Source: Pavona decussata
Taxonomy: Eukaryota
NCBI GenBank assembly: GCA_977016875.1
Contig: CDRNST010000054.1
Coordinates: 1,612,001 to 1,676,000, forward strand
Direction: 5' to 3'
Length of the DNA: 64,000 nucleotides
Shown here in pieces: positions 25,626-39,239 of this stretch (within the stretch, counting starts at the first letter, position 1; every line of letters begins with the position of its first letter). Both the position numbers and the translations under genes were made by a program. Below the pieces are notes generated by a model. The model had not been told where the DNA came from. It was given only the letters and a program-made list of their open reading frames with translations, and made no database searches.

Positions 25626-25951
25626 ATACTTTTAACTTAACCCATGAAATTCTCACTAACCCAATCAGATTTTGCAGAAGAGGAAAGGTAATTTCACCCT
25701 CATCCCTCTCTAAGCGTTGTATTTTATTAACAATTGACTGGTGCATACAATTGAGGTTGGGTTTCTTTTTTCCTATTCTGTAAGCTTCTTCTCTGGTGAA
25801 CAGGTGCCCCCAAAATTTCTGGTGCTTATTATTCAGATACCGATTTACCTATCCACATAGAGGTTTTCCCTGGAGAGATTCTCGTTGCTTGGTCTTATCT
25901 TTTATTTCATAAGTTCTTAGATGATTGATTCATTTACACTTTCTTGTGCAG

Positions 25952-26189
25952 GTTTTGATTCTTGTCACTGATGGAAAGCAAACTACTTCTATGCCTTACA
26001 CTGAATTAACAGTAGCATCTCAAGGAATAAAAGACAAAGGAGTTTCGGTTTATGCTGTCGGAGTGGGCAAAGAACCAGATCTATCAGAGCTCCAGCAAAT
26101 TGCCTCCACGCGAGAGAATGTCTTTTTATCTGAATCTTTCAAGAGAGTCATTGCTCTTGCCCCTCAAATACGAGGCAGACTATGTGACT
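25952..26189 (+). CDS. VWA6 C-half exon
   Basis: gtgcag|VLILVTDG...LCD T|GTAAGT. Confidence 0.92.
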
Positions 26190-26728
26190 GTAAGTCGTTT
26201 TTTCTTGGAAGTAATCCAGCTGTTAGTAATCAGTTGTCACAATTGTAGCTTCAAATGCAATTTTTTTTAGCTCAGGTCTGTAACGTGGTTGTATGGTCTT
26301 CATTTTGCGTATGAGCCTTCTAGATTTTCAGCGGCATCTGTCGGTACATATAGGGATTATAGGTTTCAGGGATGACAGTAATTTGAACCAAATGGCCACG
26401 TGTTTGTGCTTCACGCTGACGTGGGTAAACTGCCTTCTTGGTTTTTGTTCTTGTTTGTTTCCTCCGTTGATCCATGATATTAATGAAGGATAAGATCAGA
26501 TTGTAATTCAACGCAAAAAAGTGGGCTTTGGGTATAGCTGATGAACATCAGTTTGATTTAAAACCGTGATCTTCTGCTGAGAACGATTTGTAAATATATC
26601 ATCTTCTTAAAATATGAGCTGGAAAGTGCACATTGCAAGTTTATACATCAAAACAAGCTGTATAATAAATGTCAATAAGAATCAAAATGCATTAGGCTGA
26701 CTTGAAACAATTGCATTTTCTCCCTTAG

Positions 26729-26779
26729 TGCCTTCATCAACAGTTACACCAACACCAACGCCTACGCCAACTTCTGCAG
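26729..26779 (+). CDS. Pro/Thr-rich linker exon
   Basis: cccttag|PSSTVTPTPTPTPTSA G|GTAAA. Confidence 0.8.
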
Positions 26780-28043
26780 GTAAAAAGCAAACCATAATGA
26801 TACGTTTAAGCATGACGGCTACTGGCATTCTGGTAACCCAGTAAAGGTCAGAAGAATAGAAAAAGACACACCCAACAATGTGTGATACGGGAAGGTCAAT
26901 GCAGATTTTCCTTTTTTCGATGTGAACAGTCACATAATTTGTCATCTCATTAATTGCCACTTTATCATTGATCATTTACTACTTGATTTCGACTTTCGTT
27001 TGTTTATTTCTCTGTATCAGGTGGCATTCCATATTCTTGAAAGTTCCCACGCTCACTTAGGGTTTGTTTGTGCAGCCACGTAGATAAACCTTATGCATGT
27101 TCACAGGTCCAGGGCTGGGTGGAGTAACCCAACTTGTCTACTTCCATCCATGATTAACAATTATTCTTTTATTTTACTTCGGTAATAACGATTATTTAGT
27201 AGAGAATTTTGTTTCTTTTCTCTCTGTGCCATATGACACCAGGGCGGTTCCTCCTAATACAATGTCTTTTTTTGCAACTATTTGGGAAAAGCATATCTTA
27301 GCAAGGAATTTTAAATCCAACAAGAAAATTGGAGGTAACCACCTATTTTTCAGAGCTAATTAAGCAACAATAATTGTAGCATTTTTAAGATTTTGATCAG
27401 TTTGTATGGGAACAAAGGCATTTTATTCTAGATTAAGTATTCATCCAGTCAAGTTTGGAAAGAAGCGACCTTATCTTGAAGAGGCCATTTGATTTAGGAT
27501 TTCAAGTGGTAGTGAAAGTCTTCAATTGAGAAGTTTGACGACTTTCCGGGAAAAAAAGGCAGGCGTGAAAGACCAAAGTCCCCACAAGGGTCTTGTGGGC
27601 TCTCAACAGGAGTTAACCCTATAACCTTCTAACTACTAGTTCGGATGTGCTACAGCTGAACTACAAGAGACTCGTATGGGTTAAGCCAACCTCTGCTTCA
27701 AATGTTAGTTGGTCTATATTGTAACCAGGGCCAAGTTTCATGTTTCCACTAGGCTCCCATGTTGAATTTCTACCAGGATTTGTAGTGGCACATTAACTTT
27801 ATCAAGAAATACTGCGATTACTATGGAAAGCATATCGCGTATCTCTCTCCTTATAACAGTTTAGCTTCAACAAAGACGGATTAAGTGTAACAGCTAAAAT
27901 ATAAATTAAGCAGGGCATCAAAATAGGATCCACATTTTACTACAGATAAACAATCATCTTTCTTTGGAATAGCAATAATTTCTTCAAAGTTTTAAGTTAG
28001 TCACACAGCGCTACTTTCAACTCTTTTCCTTTTCTCCTAACAG

Positions 28044-28387
28044 AAGAAACATGCCCAATCCCTATGGACACAACCTTCATTATCGACGCTTCTGTTTGTG
28101 ACGATCCTGGAAACTGGAATCGCGTGCTGAAATTTGTCCAAACTTTAGTCACCTTTTACGATGTGTCACCATCTGTTGGACGCATTGCCTTGATCACATT
28201 CAGCACTGATGCCACAGTGGACCTGAAGTTCAACACATTAACTGGAAACCTTCTGAATGGTGAAGAAGTCAACAGACGAGTTGGTCTCCTACAATGCCAG
28301 GGTGGTTCAAGGAGAATTGACAAAGCATTAGATCTGGCAGGCAAGGAAGTGTTGACTCCAGCTGGTGGAATGAGAGGTGTATCAAGT
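28044..28387 (+). CDS. VWA7 N-half exon (array unit 1, DASVC type)
   Basis: aacag|EETCPIPMDTTFIIDASVC...; AGT|GTAAGC. Confidence 0.9.
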
Positions 28388-28501
28388 GTAAGCGAACTCT
28401 TAGCAAAGGTCTTATAGGTCTGGAAGCCTGGAAGTAGGTGATGATGATTTTGTTTGTATTACATTGATCAGTTTAATTTGTTTTCTTTTCGTGTTTTGTA
28501 G

Positions 28502-28745
28502 CCTGTTTTTGTGATCACAACTGGAAAGCAGTCGAAAGACCAAGGAACTCCTACGCCTCTTGATGTAGCCTCTTCTCGCCTCCAGAGTAAAGGAGCAGCC
28601 GTGTTCGTGTTGGGTATAGGAGAAGACGTTGACCCATCAGAACTCAACCAAATTGCTTCTGCTCCTAAGAACGTTTTTAGAGTAGATTCGTTTGCTGATT
28701 TGGATGAGAAATCGAACGAATATAAGAGAGGCATCTGTATACTAG
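28502..28745 (+). CDS. VWA7 C-half exon
   Basis: ttgtag|PVFVITTG...RGICIL G|GTATT. Confidence 0.9.
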
Positions 28746-29377
28746 GTATTGTTTGGGAACGTGGTGTGTTTGTTTTTGTTATTTGGTGTTTATATTATTC
28801 GTAGTGGATTATCCTTGGAGGGTAAATGGCCCGGAGTGAATTTCCAGAAACCTAACCTTGCTGATTCATGGACAATATTGACCTTTTTATATGCACGGCA
28901 TTCATTTTCAAGCTGTTCTTTAATTTATATGATGCACATTTGTTTCCATTAACTGAAATATATAATTGACTCGTTGTGAGTTTAACAACAACTCATTTGT
29001 GTGTCCATTCATCAACAGTACGTTTTACGATTACCTTTAGTTATCAGATTCCTAAATTGACAATTGAGTACAGAATCACTTGGTCTTAATGTTTGCGAAA
29101 AGCGAGGCTTCTTTGAGATCTAATGTAACTTTTGGGAAAGGTATAGCTGCTCTTAGAATGAAATGTATGGTCCCAGTGCAGTGTTATCTCGCAATCCTTC
29201 CATTTTTGTTTGTACGTTTCCTCGTATTTGAAGCAGATCTCTTCATAATATCACACTTTTTTTTCTGTTTCGCTCACAGCAAATCTACTTTTGAACTACA
29301 CTCTGAACTTAATCTTGTGTCCAGAAAATTTTTGTCTACCAAGGGTTTCGCTAACTATTATTTTTCTTCTTTGTCAG

Positions 29378-29422
29378 TACCAACTCTGCCAGTTACATCA
29401 AGTCCAACTCCAACTACAACTG
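29378..29422 (+). CDS. 45-nt PT linker exon
   Basis: tgtcag|PTLPVTSSPTPTTT G|GTTAGT. Confidence 0.85.
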
Positions 29423-29828
29423 GTTAGTAGCGACGGTTGAGTTATTTGAGCATCCTTTGACTGCAGTTACTCCACGTTCATGTAAATACCGTAACTGTAG
29501 TATACTGTTTTAATTAGCTGATTCAGACAAACTCTCTTAAACTTGGTTTGTTGTTTACTTGGCTCTCAACTTAAATATGTCTTTTTATTTATGCTGGCAC
29601 ATTCTTTATGGCTTTTCAGTTCAAGTTACTCTGAGTGTACCTAGAAAAGTATTTTAATAGTTATAATGCAATAAAGTCATTAAGTGTAATAGCTTAAGTA
29701 GGAAGCGATATCTCAGATGTGCGTTTAAGAGCGGACGCCACTCATTTTGATTTGGAGGAACAATAATTTATTCCAAGATTTTAGTTCAAGAAGTGGTTTG
29801 TTAAAGACTTTCCCTCTTTTTTCAACAG

Positions 29829-30172
29829 AAGAAACATGCCCAATCCCTATGGACACCACCTTCATTATCGACGCATCTGTTTGTGATGATCCCGGAAACT
29901 GGAATCGTGTGCTGAAATTTGTTCAAACTTTAGTCACCTTTTACGATGTGTCACCATCTGTTGGACGTATTGCCTTGATCACATTCAGCACTGATGCCAC
30001 AGTTGACCTGAAGTTCAACACATTAACTGGAAATCTTCTGAATGGTGAAGAAGTCAACAGACGAGTTGGTCTCCTACAATGCCAGGGTGGTTCGAGGAGA
30101 ATTGACAAAGCATTAGATCTGGCAGGCAAGGAAGTGTTGACTCCGGCTGGTGGAATGAGAGGTGTATCAAGT
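29829..30172 (+). CDS. VWA8 N-half exon (unit 2)
   Basis: Same protein sequence and splice sites as VWA7a. Confidence 0.9.
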
Positions 30173-30286
30173 GTAAGCGAACTCTTAGCAAAAGTGTTAT
30201 AGGTTTGGAAGTCTGGAAGTAGGTGATGATGGTTTCGTTTGTATTACATTGATCAGTTTAATTTGTTTTCTTTTCGTGTTTTGTAG

Positions 30287-30530
30287 CCTGTTTTTGTGAT
30301 CACAACTGGAAAGCAGTCGAAAGACCAAGGAACTCCTACGCCTCTTGATGTAGCCTCTTCTCGCCTCCAGAGTAAAGGAGCAGCCGTGTTCGTGTTGGGT
30401 ATAGGAGAAGACGTTGACCCATCAGAACTCAACCGAATTGCTTCTGCTCCTAAGAACGTTTTTAGAGTGGATTCGTTTGCTGATTTGGATGAGAAATCGA
30501 ACGAATATAAGAGAGGCATCTGTATACTAG
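30287..30530 (+). CDS. VWA8 C-half exon
   Basis: Paralog of VWA7b (Q>R). Confidence 0.9.
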
Positions 30531-31168
30531 GTATTGTTTGGGAACGTGGTGTGCTTGTTTTTGTTACTTCGTGTTTATATTATTCGTTGAGCATTATACT
30601 CTGAGGGTAAATGGGCCGGAGTGAATGTCCAGAGACTTAACCTTCCTGATGCGTGGACAATATTGACCCTGTTATATGTACGGCATTCATTTTCGAGCTG
30701 TTCTTTACTTTATATGATGGAAATTTGTTTCCATTTACTGCAATATATTATTGACTCGTTGTGAGTTGGACAACAACCTATTTGTGTGGCCGTTCATCAA
30801 TATTACGTTTTACGATTACCTTTAGTTATCAGATTGCTAAGTTGACAAATGAATACAGAATCACTTGGTCTTAATGTTAGCAAAACTGCGAGGTTTCTTT
30901 GAGATCTGATTTAACTTTTGGGAAAGGTATAGCTGCTCTTAGAATGAAATGTATGGTCCCAGTGCAGTGCTGCATGTATTTCGCAATCCTGCTATTTTTT
31001 CTTTTACGTTTCCTCTATTTGAAACAGATCTCTTTTTAATATCACACTTTTTTTTCTGTTTTCCTCACAGCAAATTTACTTTTGAACTACATTTTGAACT
31101 TAATCTTGTGTCTAGAAACGTTTTGTCTACCAAGGATTGCGCTAACTATTATTTTTCATCTTTGTCAG

Positions 31169-31213
31169 TGCCAACTGTGCCAGTTACATCAAGTCCAACT
31201 CCAACTACAACTG
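31169..31213 (+). CDS. 45-nt PT linker exon
   Basis: tgtcag|PTVPVTSSPTPTTT G|GTTAGT. Confidence 0.85.
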
Positions 31214-31609
31214 GTTAGTAGCGACGGTTGGGTTATTTGAGCATTTTTTGACTGCAGTTACTCCACGTACATGTAAATACCGTAACTGTGGTGTACTGTT
31301 TTAATTAGCGGATTTAGACAAACTTACTTCAACTCGGTTTGGTGTTTACTTGGCTCTCAACTTGAGTATGCTAGCACATACATGTACTTTATGGCTTTTT
31401 CAAGTTACTCTGAGTGTACCTAGGAAAGCATTTTAATAGTCATAATTCAATAAAGACTGATTAAGTGTGATAGCTTAAGTAGCAAATAAAATCTCAGATG
31501 TGCGTTTTAGTGCGGATGCCACTCATTTTCATTTGGAGAAACAATAATTTATTCCAAGATTTTAGTTCAAGAAGAGGTTTGTTAAAGACTTTCCCTCTTT
31601 TTTCAACAG

Positions 31610-31953
31610 AAGAAACATGCCCAATCCCTATGGACACCACCTTCATTATTGACGCATCTGTTTGTGATGATCCCGGAAACTGGAATCGTGTGCTGAAATT
31701 TGTTCAAACTTTAGTCACCTTTTACGATGTGTCACCATCTGTTGGACGCATTGCCTTGATCACATTCAGCACTGATGCCACAGTGGACCTGAAGTTCAAC
31801 ACATTAACTGGAAACCTTCTGAATGGTGAAGAAGTCAACAGACGCGTTGGTCTCCTACAATGCCAGGGTGGTTCAAGGAGAATTGACAAAGCATTAGATC
31901 TGGCAGGCAAGGAAGTGTTGACTCCGGCTGGTGGAATGAGAGGTGTATCAAGT
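31610..31953 (+). CDS. VWA9 N-half exon (unit 3)
   Basis: Paralog of VWA7a. Confidence 0.9.
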
Positions 31954-32067
31954 GTAAGCGACCTCTTAGCAAAAGTGTTATAGGTTTGGAAGTCTGGAAG
32001 TAGGTGATGATGATTTTGTTCGTATTACATTGATCAGTTTAATTTGTTTTCTTTTCGTGTTTTGTAG

Positions 32068-32311
32068 CCTGTTTTTGTGATCACAACTGGAAAGCAGTCG
32101 AAAGACCAAGGAACTCCTACGCCTCTTGATGTAGCCTCTTCTCGCCTCCAGAGTAAAGGAGCAGCCGTGTTCGTGTTGGGTATAGGAGAAGACGTTGACC
32201 CATCAGAACTCAACCAAATTGCTTCTGCTCCTAAGAACGTTTTTAGAGTGGATTCGTTTGGTGATTTGGATGAGAAATCGAACGAATATAAGAGAGGCAT
32301 CTGTATACTAG
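32068..32311 (+). CDS. VWA9 C-half exon
   Basis: Paralog of VWA7b (A>G). Confidence 0.9.
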
Positions 32312-32944
32312 GTATTGTTTGGGAACGTGGTGTGTTTGTTTTTGTTATTTGGTGTTTATATTATTCGTAGTGGATTATCCTTGGAGGGTAAATGGCCCGG
32401 AGTGAATTTCCAGAAAGCTAACCTTCCTGATTCATGGACAATATTGACCTTTTTATATGCACGGCATTCATTTTCAAGCTGTTCTGTAGTTTATATGATG
32501 CACATTTGTTCCCATAAACTGCAATATAAAATTGACTCGATATGAGTTGGACAGCAATTCATTTGTGTGTCCATTCATCAACATAACGTTTTACGATTAC
32601 TTTTAGTTATCAGATTGCTAAGTTGTCAATTGAGTACAGAATCACTTGGTCTTAATGTTAGCAAAACTGCGAGGTTTCTTTGAGATCTGATTTAACTTTT
32701 GGGAAAGGTATAGCTGCTCTTAAAATGAAATGTAGGCTTCCAGTGCAGTGTTATCTCGCAATCCTGCCATTTTTGCTTGTACGTTTCCTCGTATTTGAAG
32801 CAGATCTCTTCATAATATCACACTTTTTTTTCTGTTTTCCTCACAGCAAATCTACTTTTGAACTACATTTTGAACTTAATCTTGTGTCTAGAAAAGTTTT
32901 GTCTACCAAAGATTGCGCTAACTATTATTTTTCATCTTTGTCAG

Positions 32945-32989
32945 TGCCAACTGTGCCAGTTACATCAAGTCCAACTCCAACTACAGCTG
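32945..32989 (+). CDS. 45-nt PT linker exon
   Basis: tgtcag|PTVPVTSSPTPTTA G|GTTAGT. Confidence 0.85.
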
Positions 32990-33385
32990 GTTAGTAGCGA
33001 CGGTTGTGTTATTTGAGCATCCTTTGACAGCGGTTACTCCGCGTACATGTAAATACCGTAACTGTGGTGTACTGTTTTAATTAGCGGATTTAGACAAACT
33101 TAATTCAACTCGGTTTGGTGTTTACTTGGCTCTCAACTTGAGTATTCTAGCACATAGATGTACTTTATGGCTTTTTCAAGTTACTCTGAGTGTACCTAGG
33201 AAAGCATTTTAATAGTCATAATTCAATAAAGACTGATTAAGTGTGATAGCTTAAGTAGCAAATAAAATCTCAGATGTGCGTTTTAGTGCGGATGCCACTC
33301 ATTTTCATTTGGAGAAACAATAATTTATTCCAAGATTTTAGTTCAAGAAGAGGTTTGTTAAAGACTTTCCCTCTTTTTTCAACAG

Positions 33386-33729
33386 AAGAAACATGCCCAA
33401 TCCCTATGGACACCACCTTCATTATCGACGCATCTGTTTGTGATGATCCCGGAAACTGGAATCGTGTGCTGAAATTTGTTCAAACTTTAGTCACCTTTTA
33501 CGATGTGTCACCATCTGTTGGACGTATTGCCTTGATCACATTCAGCACTGATGCCACAGTGGACCTGAAATTCAACACATTAACTGGAAACCTTCTGAAT
33601 GGTGAAGAAGTCAACAGACGAGTTGGTCTCCTACAATGCCAGGGTGGTTCGAGGAGAATTGACAAAGCATTAGATCTGGCAGGCAAGGAAGTGTTGACTC
33701 CGGCTGGTGGAATGAGAGGTGTATCAAGT
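33386..33729 (+). CDS. VWA10 N-half exon (unit 4)
   Basis: Paralog of VWA7a. Confidence 0.9.
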
Positions 33730-33843
33730 GTAAGCGAACTCTTAGCAAAAGTGTTATAGGTTTGGAAGTCTGGAAGTAGGTGATGATGATTTTGTTTGTA
33801 TTACATTGATCAGTTTAATTTGTTTTCTTTTCGTGTTTTGTAG

Positions 33844-34087
33844 CCTGTTTTTGTGATCACAACTGGAAAGCAGTCGAAAGACCAAGGAACTCCTTCGCCT
33901 CTTGATGTAGCCTCTTCTCGCCTCCAGAGTAAAGGAGCAGCCGTGTTCGTGTTGGGTATAGGAGAAGACGTTGACCCATCAGAACTCAACCAAATTGCTT
34001 CTGCTCCTAAGAACGTTTTTAGAGTGGATTCGTTTGGTGATTTGGATGAGAAATCGAACGAATATAAGAGAGGCATCTGTATACTAG
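33844..34087 (+). CDS. VWA10 C-half exon
   Basis: Paralog of VWA7b. Confidence 0.9.
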
Positions 34088-34719
34088 GTATTGTTTGGGA
34101 ACGTGGTGTGTTTGTTTTTGTTATTTGGTGTTTATATTATTCGTAGTGGATTATCCTTGGAGGGTAAATGGCCCGGAGTGAATTTCCAGAAAGCTAACCT
34201 TCCTGATTCATGGACAATATTGACCTTTTTATATGCACGGCATTCATTTTCAAGCTGTTCTTTAGTTTATATGATGCACATTTGTTCCCATAAACTGCAA
34301 TATAAAATTGACTCGATATGAGTTGGACAGCAATTCATTTGTGTGTCCATTCATCAACATAACGTTTTACGATTACTTTTAGTTATCAGATTGCTAAGTT
34401 GTTAATTGAGTACAGAATCACTTGGTCTTAATGTTAGCAAAACTGCGAGGTTTCTTTGAGATCTGATTTAACTTTTGGGAAAGGTATAGCTGCTCTTAAA
34501 ATGAAATGTAGGCTTCCAGTGCAGTGTTATCTCGCAATCCTGCCATTTTTGCTTGTACGTTTCCTCGTATTTGAAGCAGATCTCTTCATAATATCACACT
34601 TTTTTTCTGTTTTCCTCACAGCAAATCTACTTTTGAACTACATTTTGAACTTAATCTTGTGTCTAGAAAAGTTTTGTCTACCAAAGATTGCGCTAACTAT
34701 TATTTTTCATCTTTGTCAG

Positions 34720-34764
34720 TGCCAACTGTGCCAGTTACATCAAGTCCAACTCCAACTACAGCTG
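34720..34764 (+). CDS. 45-nt PT linker exon
   Basis: tgtcag|PTVPVTSSPTPTTA G|GTTAGT. Confidence 0.85.
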
Positions 34765-35166
34765 GTTAGTAGCGACGGTTGTGTTATTTGAGCATCCTTT
34801 GACAGCGGTTACTCCGCGTACATGTAAATACCGTAACTGTGGTGTACTGTTTTAATTAGCTGATTCAGACCAACTTTCTTAAACTTGGTGTGGTGTTTAC
34901 TTTGCTTCCAACTTGAATATGTCTTTTTATTTATGCTGGCACATTCTTTATGGCTTTTTCAAGTTACTCTGAGTGTACCTAGGAAAGCATTTTAATAGTT
35001 ATAATTCAATAAAGTCATTAAGTGTAATAGCTTAGGTAGGAAGCGATATCTCAGATGTGCGTTTTAGAACGGACACCACTCATTTTCATTTGGAGGAACA
35101 ATAATTTATTCCAAGATTTTAGTTCAAGAAGAGGTTTGTTAAAGACTTTCCCTCTTTTTTCAACAG

Positions 35167-35510
35167 AAGAAACATGCCCAATCCCTATGGACACCACCTT
35201 CATTATCGACGCATCTGTTTGTGATGATCCCGGAAACTGGAATCGTGTGCTGAAATTTGTTCAAACTTTAGTCACCTTTTACGATGTGTCACCATCTGTT
35301 GGACGTATTGCCTTGATCACATTCAGCACTGATGCCACAGTGGACCTGAAATTCAACACATTAACTGGAAACCTTCTGAATGGTGAAGAAGTCAACAGAC
35401 GAGTTGGTCTCCTACAATGCCAGGGTGGTTCGAGGAGAATTGACAAAGCATTAGATCTGGCAGGCAAGGAAGTGTTGACTCCGGCTGGTGGAATGAGAGG
35501 TGTATCAAGT
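35167..35510 (+). CDS. VWA11 N-half exon (unit 5)
   Basis: Paralog of VWA7a. Confidence 0.9.
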
Positions 35511-35624
35511 GTAAGCGAACTCTTAGCAAAAGTGTTATAGGTTTGGAAGTCTGGAAGTAGGTGATGATGATTTTGTTTGTATTACATTGATCAGTTTAAT
35601 TTGTTTTCTTTTCGTGTTTTGTAG

Positions 35625-35868
35625 CCTGTTTTTGTGATCACAACTGGAAAGCAGTCGAAAGACCAAGGAACTCTTACGCCTCTTGATGTAGCCTCTTCTC
35701 GCCTCCAGAGTAAAGGAGCAGCCGTGTTCGTGTTGGGTATAGGAGAAGACGTTGACCCATCAGAACTCAACCAAATTGCTTCTTCTCCTAAGAACGTTTT
35801 TAGAGTGAATTCGTTTGGTGATTTGGATGAGAAATCGAACGAATATAAGAGAGGCATCTGTATACTAG
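35625..35868 (+). CDS. VWA11 C-half exon
   Basis: Paralog of VWA7b. Confidence 0.9.
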
Positions 35869-36491
35869 GTATTGTTTGGGAATGTGGTTGGTTTACTTTT
35901 GTTACTCTGTGTTTATATCATATATTGAGCATTATCCATGGAGGATAATTTGGCCACGGTGAATATTCAAAGACCTATAACCCTCAACAGCCATGGAGAG
36001 TTTACCTTTTTATATATAGGTATTCTCTTTTTAGCTGTTGTTTGACTTACGTGATGGGCATTAGTTTGTACTTTCTGGATATGGGAAATTTAGTTTTTAT
36101 TTGTTTTGACTTGGATAATTACTCACTTGTCTGTTCATTTGTAAATAGCATATTTTACGGTTACTTTTAAGTGTGAGTTTCAAGTTGAAAAGAGAGTACG
36201 GAATGTGTTATTCTTTACATAGTTGGCAAAAGTTTGAGTTTTCTTTGAGATCGGATTTAAATTTCAGGAAATATAAAAAAATGAAGAGTATAGCTTCAGT
36301 GTTATCCTGCATTCCTCACATATCTTTGCTTCTACCTTTATTCTCAAATTTGAAGCAAATCTCGTCTAAAAATCACTTTTTTCTGTTTTTGTCAATTCAA
36401 TTCAACTGGTAAATTTTGTTTTCCAGTTAATCTTGTGTCCAGTAATATTTTGCGTACCGAGAACTGCCCTTACTATTTTCTTCTTTGTCAG

Positions 36492-36536
36492 GGCCAGCTC
36501 CACTAGTTACAGCAAGTCCAACTCCAACTTCAACTG
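36492..36536 (+). CDS. 45-nt PT linker exon (diverged)
   Basis: tgtcag|PAPLVTASPTPTST G|GTTAGT. Confidence 0.82.
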
Positions 36537-36926
36537 GTTAGTAGCCACGGTTATGTTATTTTAGCCTCCTTTGACTGTCGTTACTCCACAAGATGTTCTA
36601 TACCTAAATTCTGTCACTGTGGTTTACATTTGCTGATTGAGACAAGCTCTCTTTGAAACTTGGTTTAGTGTTTACTTGGCTCTCAAATTGAATATTTCTT
36701 CTAGGATTTGTGCTGGCACATACTTTATAACTTTTTTAAGGTATTCTGAGTATCACATGTAACTCTTAACTAGTTTTCTTTGAACAGCTTTTAAAGTAGC
36801 AAGCAATAGGTGAGGTGCACAATTTAGTGCGGAGGAACGATCATTTTCATCTAGAGAAAATACATTAATTTCAAGTTTTAATTGATCAAGTAGAGGATAA
36901 AAGACTTTTTTCTTTTTCCTCAACAG

Positions 36927-37270
36927 AAGAAACATGTCCAATACCCATGGACACAACCTTCATTATTGATGCATCTGTTTGTGACGATCCTGGAAACTGG
37001 AATCGCGTGCTGAAGTTTGTTCAAACTTTAGTCACCTTTTTCGATGTGTCACCATCTGTTGGGCGCATTGCCTTAATCCCATTCGGCACTGATGCCACAG
37101 TGGTGCTCAAGTTCAACACATTAACTGGAAACCTTCTGAATGGTGAAGAAGTCAATAGGCGAGTTGGTCTCCTACGATGCCAGGGTGGTTCAAGGCGAAT
37201 TGACAAAGCATTAGATCTGGCAGACAAGGAAGTGTTAACTTCTGCTGGTGGAATGAGAGGTGTATCAAGG
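36927..37270 (+). CDS. VWA12 N-half exon (unit 6)
   Basis: EETCPIPMDTTFIIDASVC...GVSR|GTAAAT. Confidence 0.9.
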
Positions 37271-39239
37271 GTAAATTAATTGTTGACTATACCTACGAGT
37301 AATAGTACTGGTAATGTTTTCAAGACAAACATTTAAATAGAAGATTTCTATGTCAGCATGGCTGGTTTAAATGGAGCCCTGCATTGAGGTGAAGTTAATC
37401 TTAATCCTGTTTGCAACAACGCCTCTTACCTAACTAGTTGCAGAAAATTGCTTGGTCAGAAAGAGGATGAAACTGAAGTGATTTATGTCTACAGAAGTTC
37501 TTTAAGGCACTATCTTCTCGAAAGAGGGTAGACTTAGACTTAGGAAATCTCGACGAAGTTGGAGACGAGGCCATGTTTTGTAAAGCTCATTGTTGTTAAC
37601 CGAGCAACGTTTGATAATGCATGCAGAGCGCCTACACAGTCCATATAGGTAGTACTGACACTGTTTACCACAATTGAGTCACAGCATTGTACAATGTAAG
37701 ACAGGTTGATGGAAGCATCGTCTTATGTGCCTTCTACGGCATGTGTAGGCAGTAGCCGAGAAGAGATCTTTTTCCCCATGTGCTTATGTGCTTCTTTCAT
37801 GAAAGTGTAGGGTCCATTTGATACCAAGATGTTTAAGGTGGTCCACCACTATCTATTGGAGCAGAGGGTCGCTTCATTGAAGACACATATAATCTTAAAT
37901 TTTACTTTAAATTAAACACAGCTTTAACATGTAGGTGAAAAGAAATAAGTGATTATGAGATACGGGCACTACAAAAAATCCCTGATGTTTAAAGAAAAGC
38001 AATTTTTTTTCGTGAAACAAAGTCTAAAAAATATACCTTATTTCTAAGTAAGAGCAATAAGTTCTTTGACTTCAAGGTTATCTGTGAGCACGTTTCCACA
38101 AAATCGGATGGACAGAAAGTTTTGGACCATCCATTGAATGTTGAATTTTGACTGGTGGTCATAGCCCCTATTAGTTTTAAGTGTGGTACTTCCGTACTCT
38201 CCTAGACAAAGCATGATTTGCAACCAAAAAATCACCGATTTGTTTTCCTTTATTGTAAAGTATGATAAAACTTAACGTATGTGCAAACGGCTCTCCTAGT
38301 TTCAGGTGTGTATCTTTGACTGAGATCGGTGTATTTGGGTTGACAATTAACATTTAACAACTTCACGTCGTCCATTTTATCTATGCTTTCAAAACTCTTC
38401 GTGTTACCGTAGTTTGTTCAAACCCGACAGAAAGGAGTAAAACACAAACAAACAGGATGTTTAATGGGTCAACGATGCTTGTTTCGTAAGTGGCAAGCAA
38501 ATTCAGCAACAATATCTCTTAGTATCGCGATTCCCCTATAGTTCTGTCTTATGTGAGAGACGTCCATATCACGCCGTATTGCCATGTCACTTTGCCGGTG
38601 TGTGATTGGTTCGCAAATTGTAATTGACATTTTGACACTAAGCTGGGTTGCTCACGTACACATCAAATTCGAAATGTTCTGTCAAAACACTAGCCTGACT
38701 GGTCAAAACTGACTGTGACTGGCATCACTATATTCAAATGGCTTTCCAAATTCTCAGAGTTGATTGAATTTTCGGTTTAATTGAAAACGGACTTCAGTGC
38801 TCTGATTTCACACAATTTTCTTCAAATTTCCCTGTTCGCTGGAAATCATAACTACAAATGGTATTTTTTACGACACGTTTTAATTCCTTTTAATAGAAAT
38901 CGACAATTTTAAGTTATGTGTTGATTAAATTTTCAAAAGTAAACTTCAAAACAACTTTCAAAACAATCATGCGTTTCTCTGATAGTCTCAAGCTTAAGTC
39001 GTGTAAATTCATTTTTCCATTAATAGAGGCAATGACACCTTAACTTTGTCATGAAATGGAAAGTCACTTGTCGTTTGGGAAATTAATGTAAATCTGGCAA
39101 GAGTTCAAAGTGGAACACTAAGTTGAAAAGATTGGAGATCAGCTGCAGGTGCTTGGCGCTCGTCGCATATAGTTGTGGCCGTACTCTTGTAGACAGCTGT
39201 ATCTGTAGAGCACCTTGCCGGTTCAAACATTTCCTTCTG

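Larger units (their letters stand above)
27900..37270 (+). repeat. Tandem exon-array repeat, ~1.78-kb unit, five full units plus the start of a sixth
   Basis: VWA N-half exons start at 28044, 29829, 31610, 33386, 35167 and 36927 (periods 1785, 1781, 1776, 1781, 1760); introns are alignable. Confidence 0.95.

Noticed and set aside
28156-35857. Repeated minus-strand ORFs (MPARSNALS.., MPLLYSFDF..)
   Set aside because: Antisense shadows of the VWA exons; they recur only because the exons are duplicated
27900-37270. Regularly spaced repeats as a CRISPR array or satellite
   Set aside because: Units are 1.78-kb exon-intron cassettes in eukaryotic DNA; there is no short repeat/unique spacer structure and no cas genes
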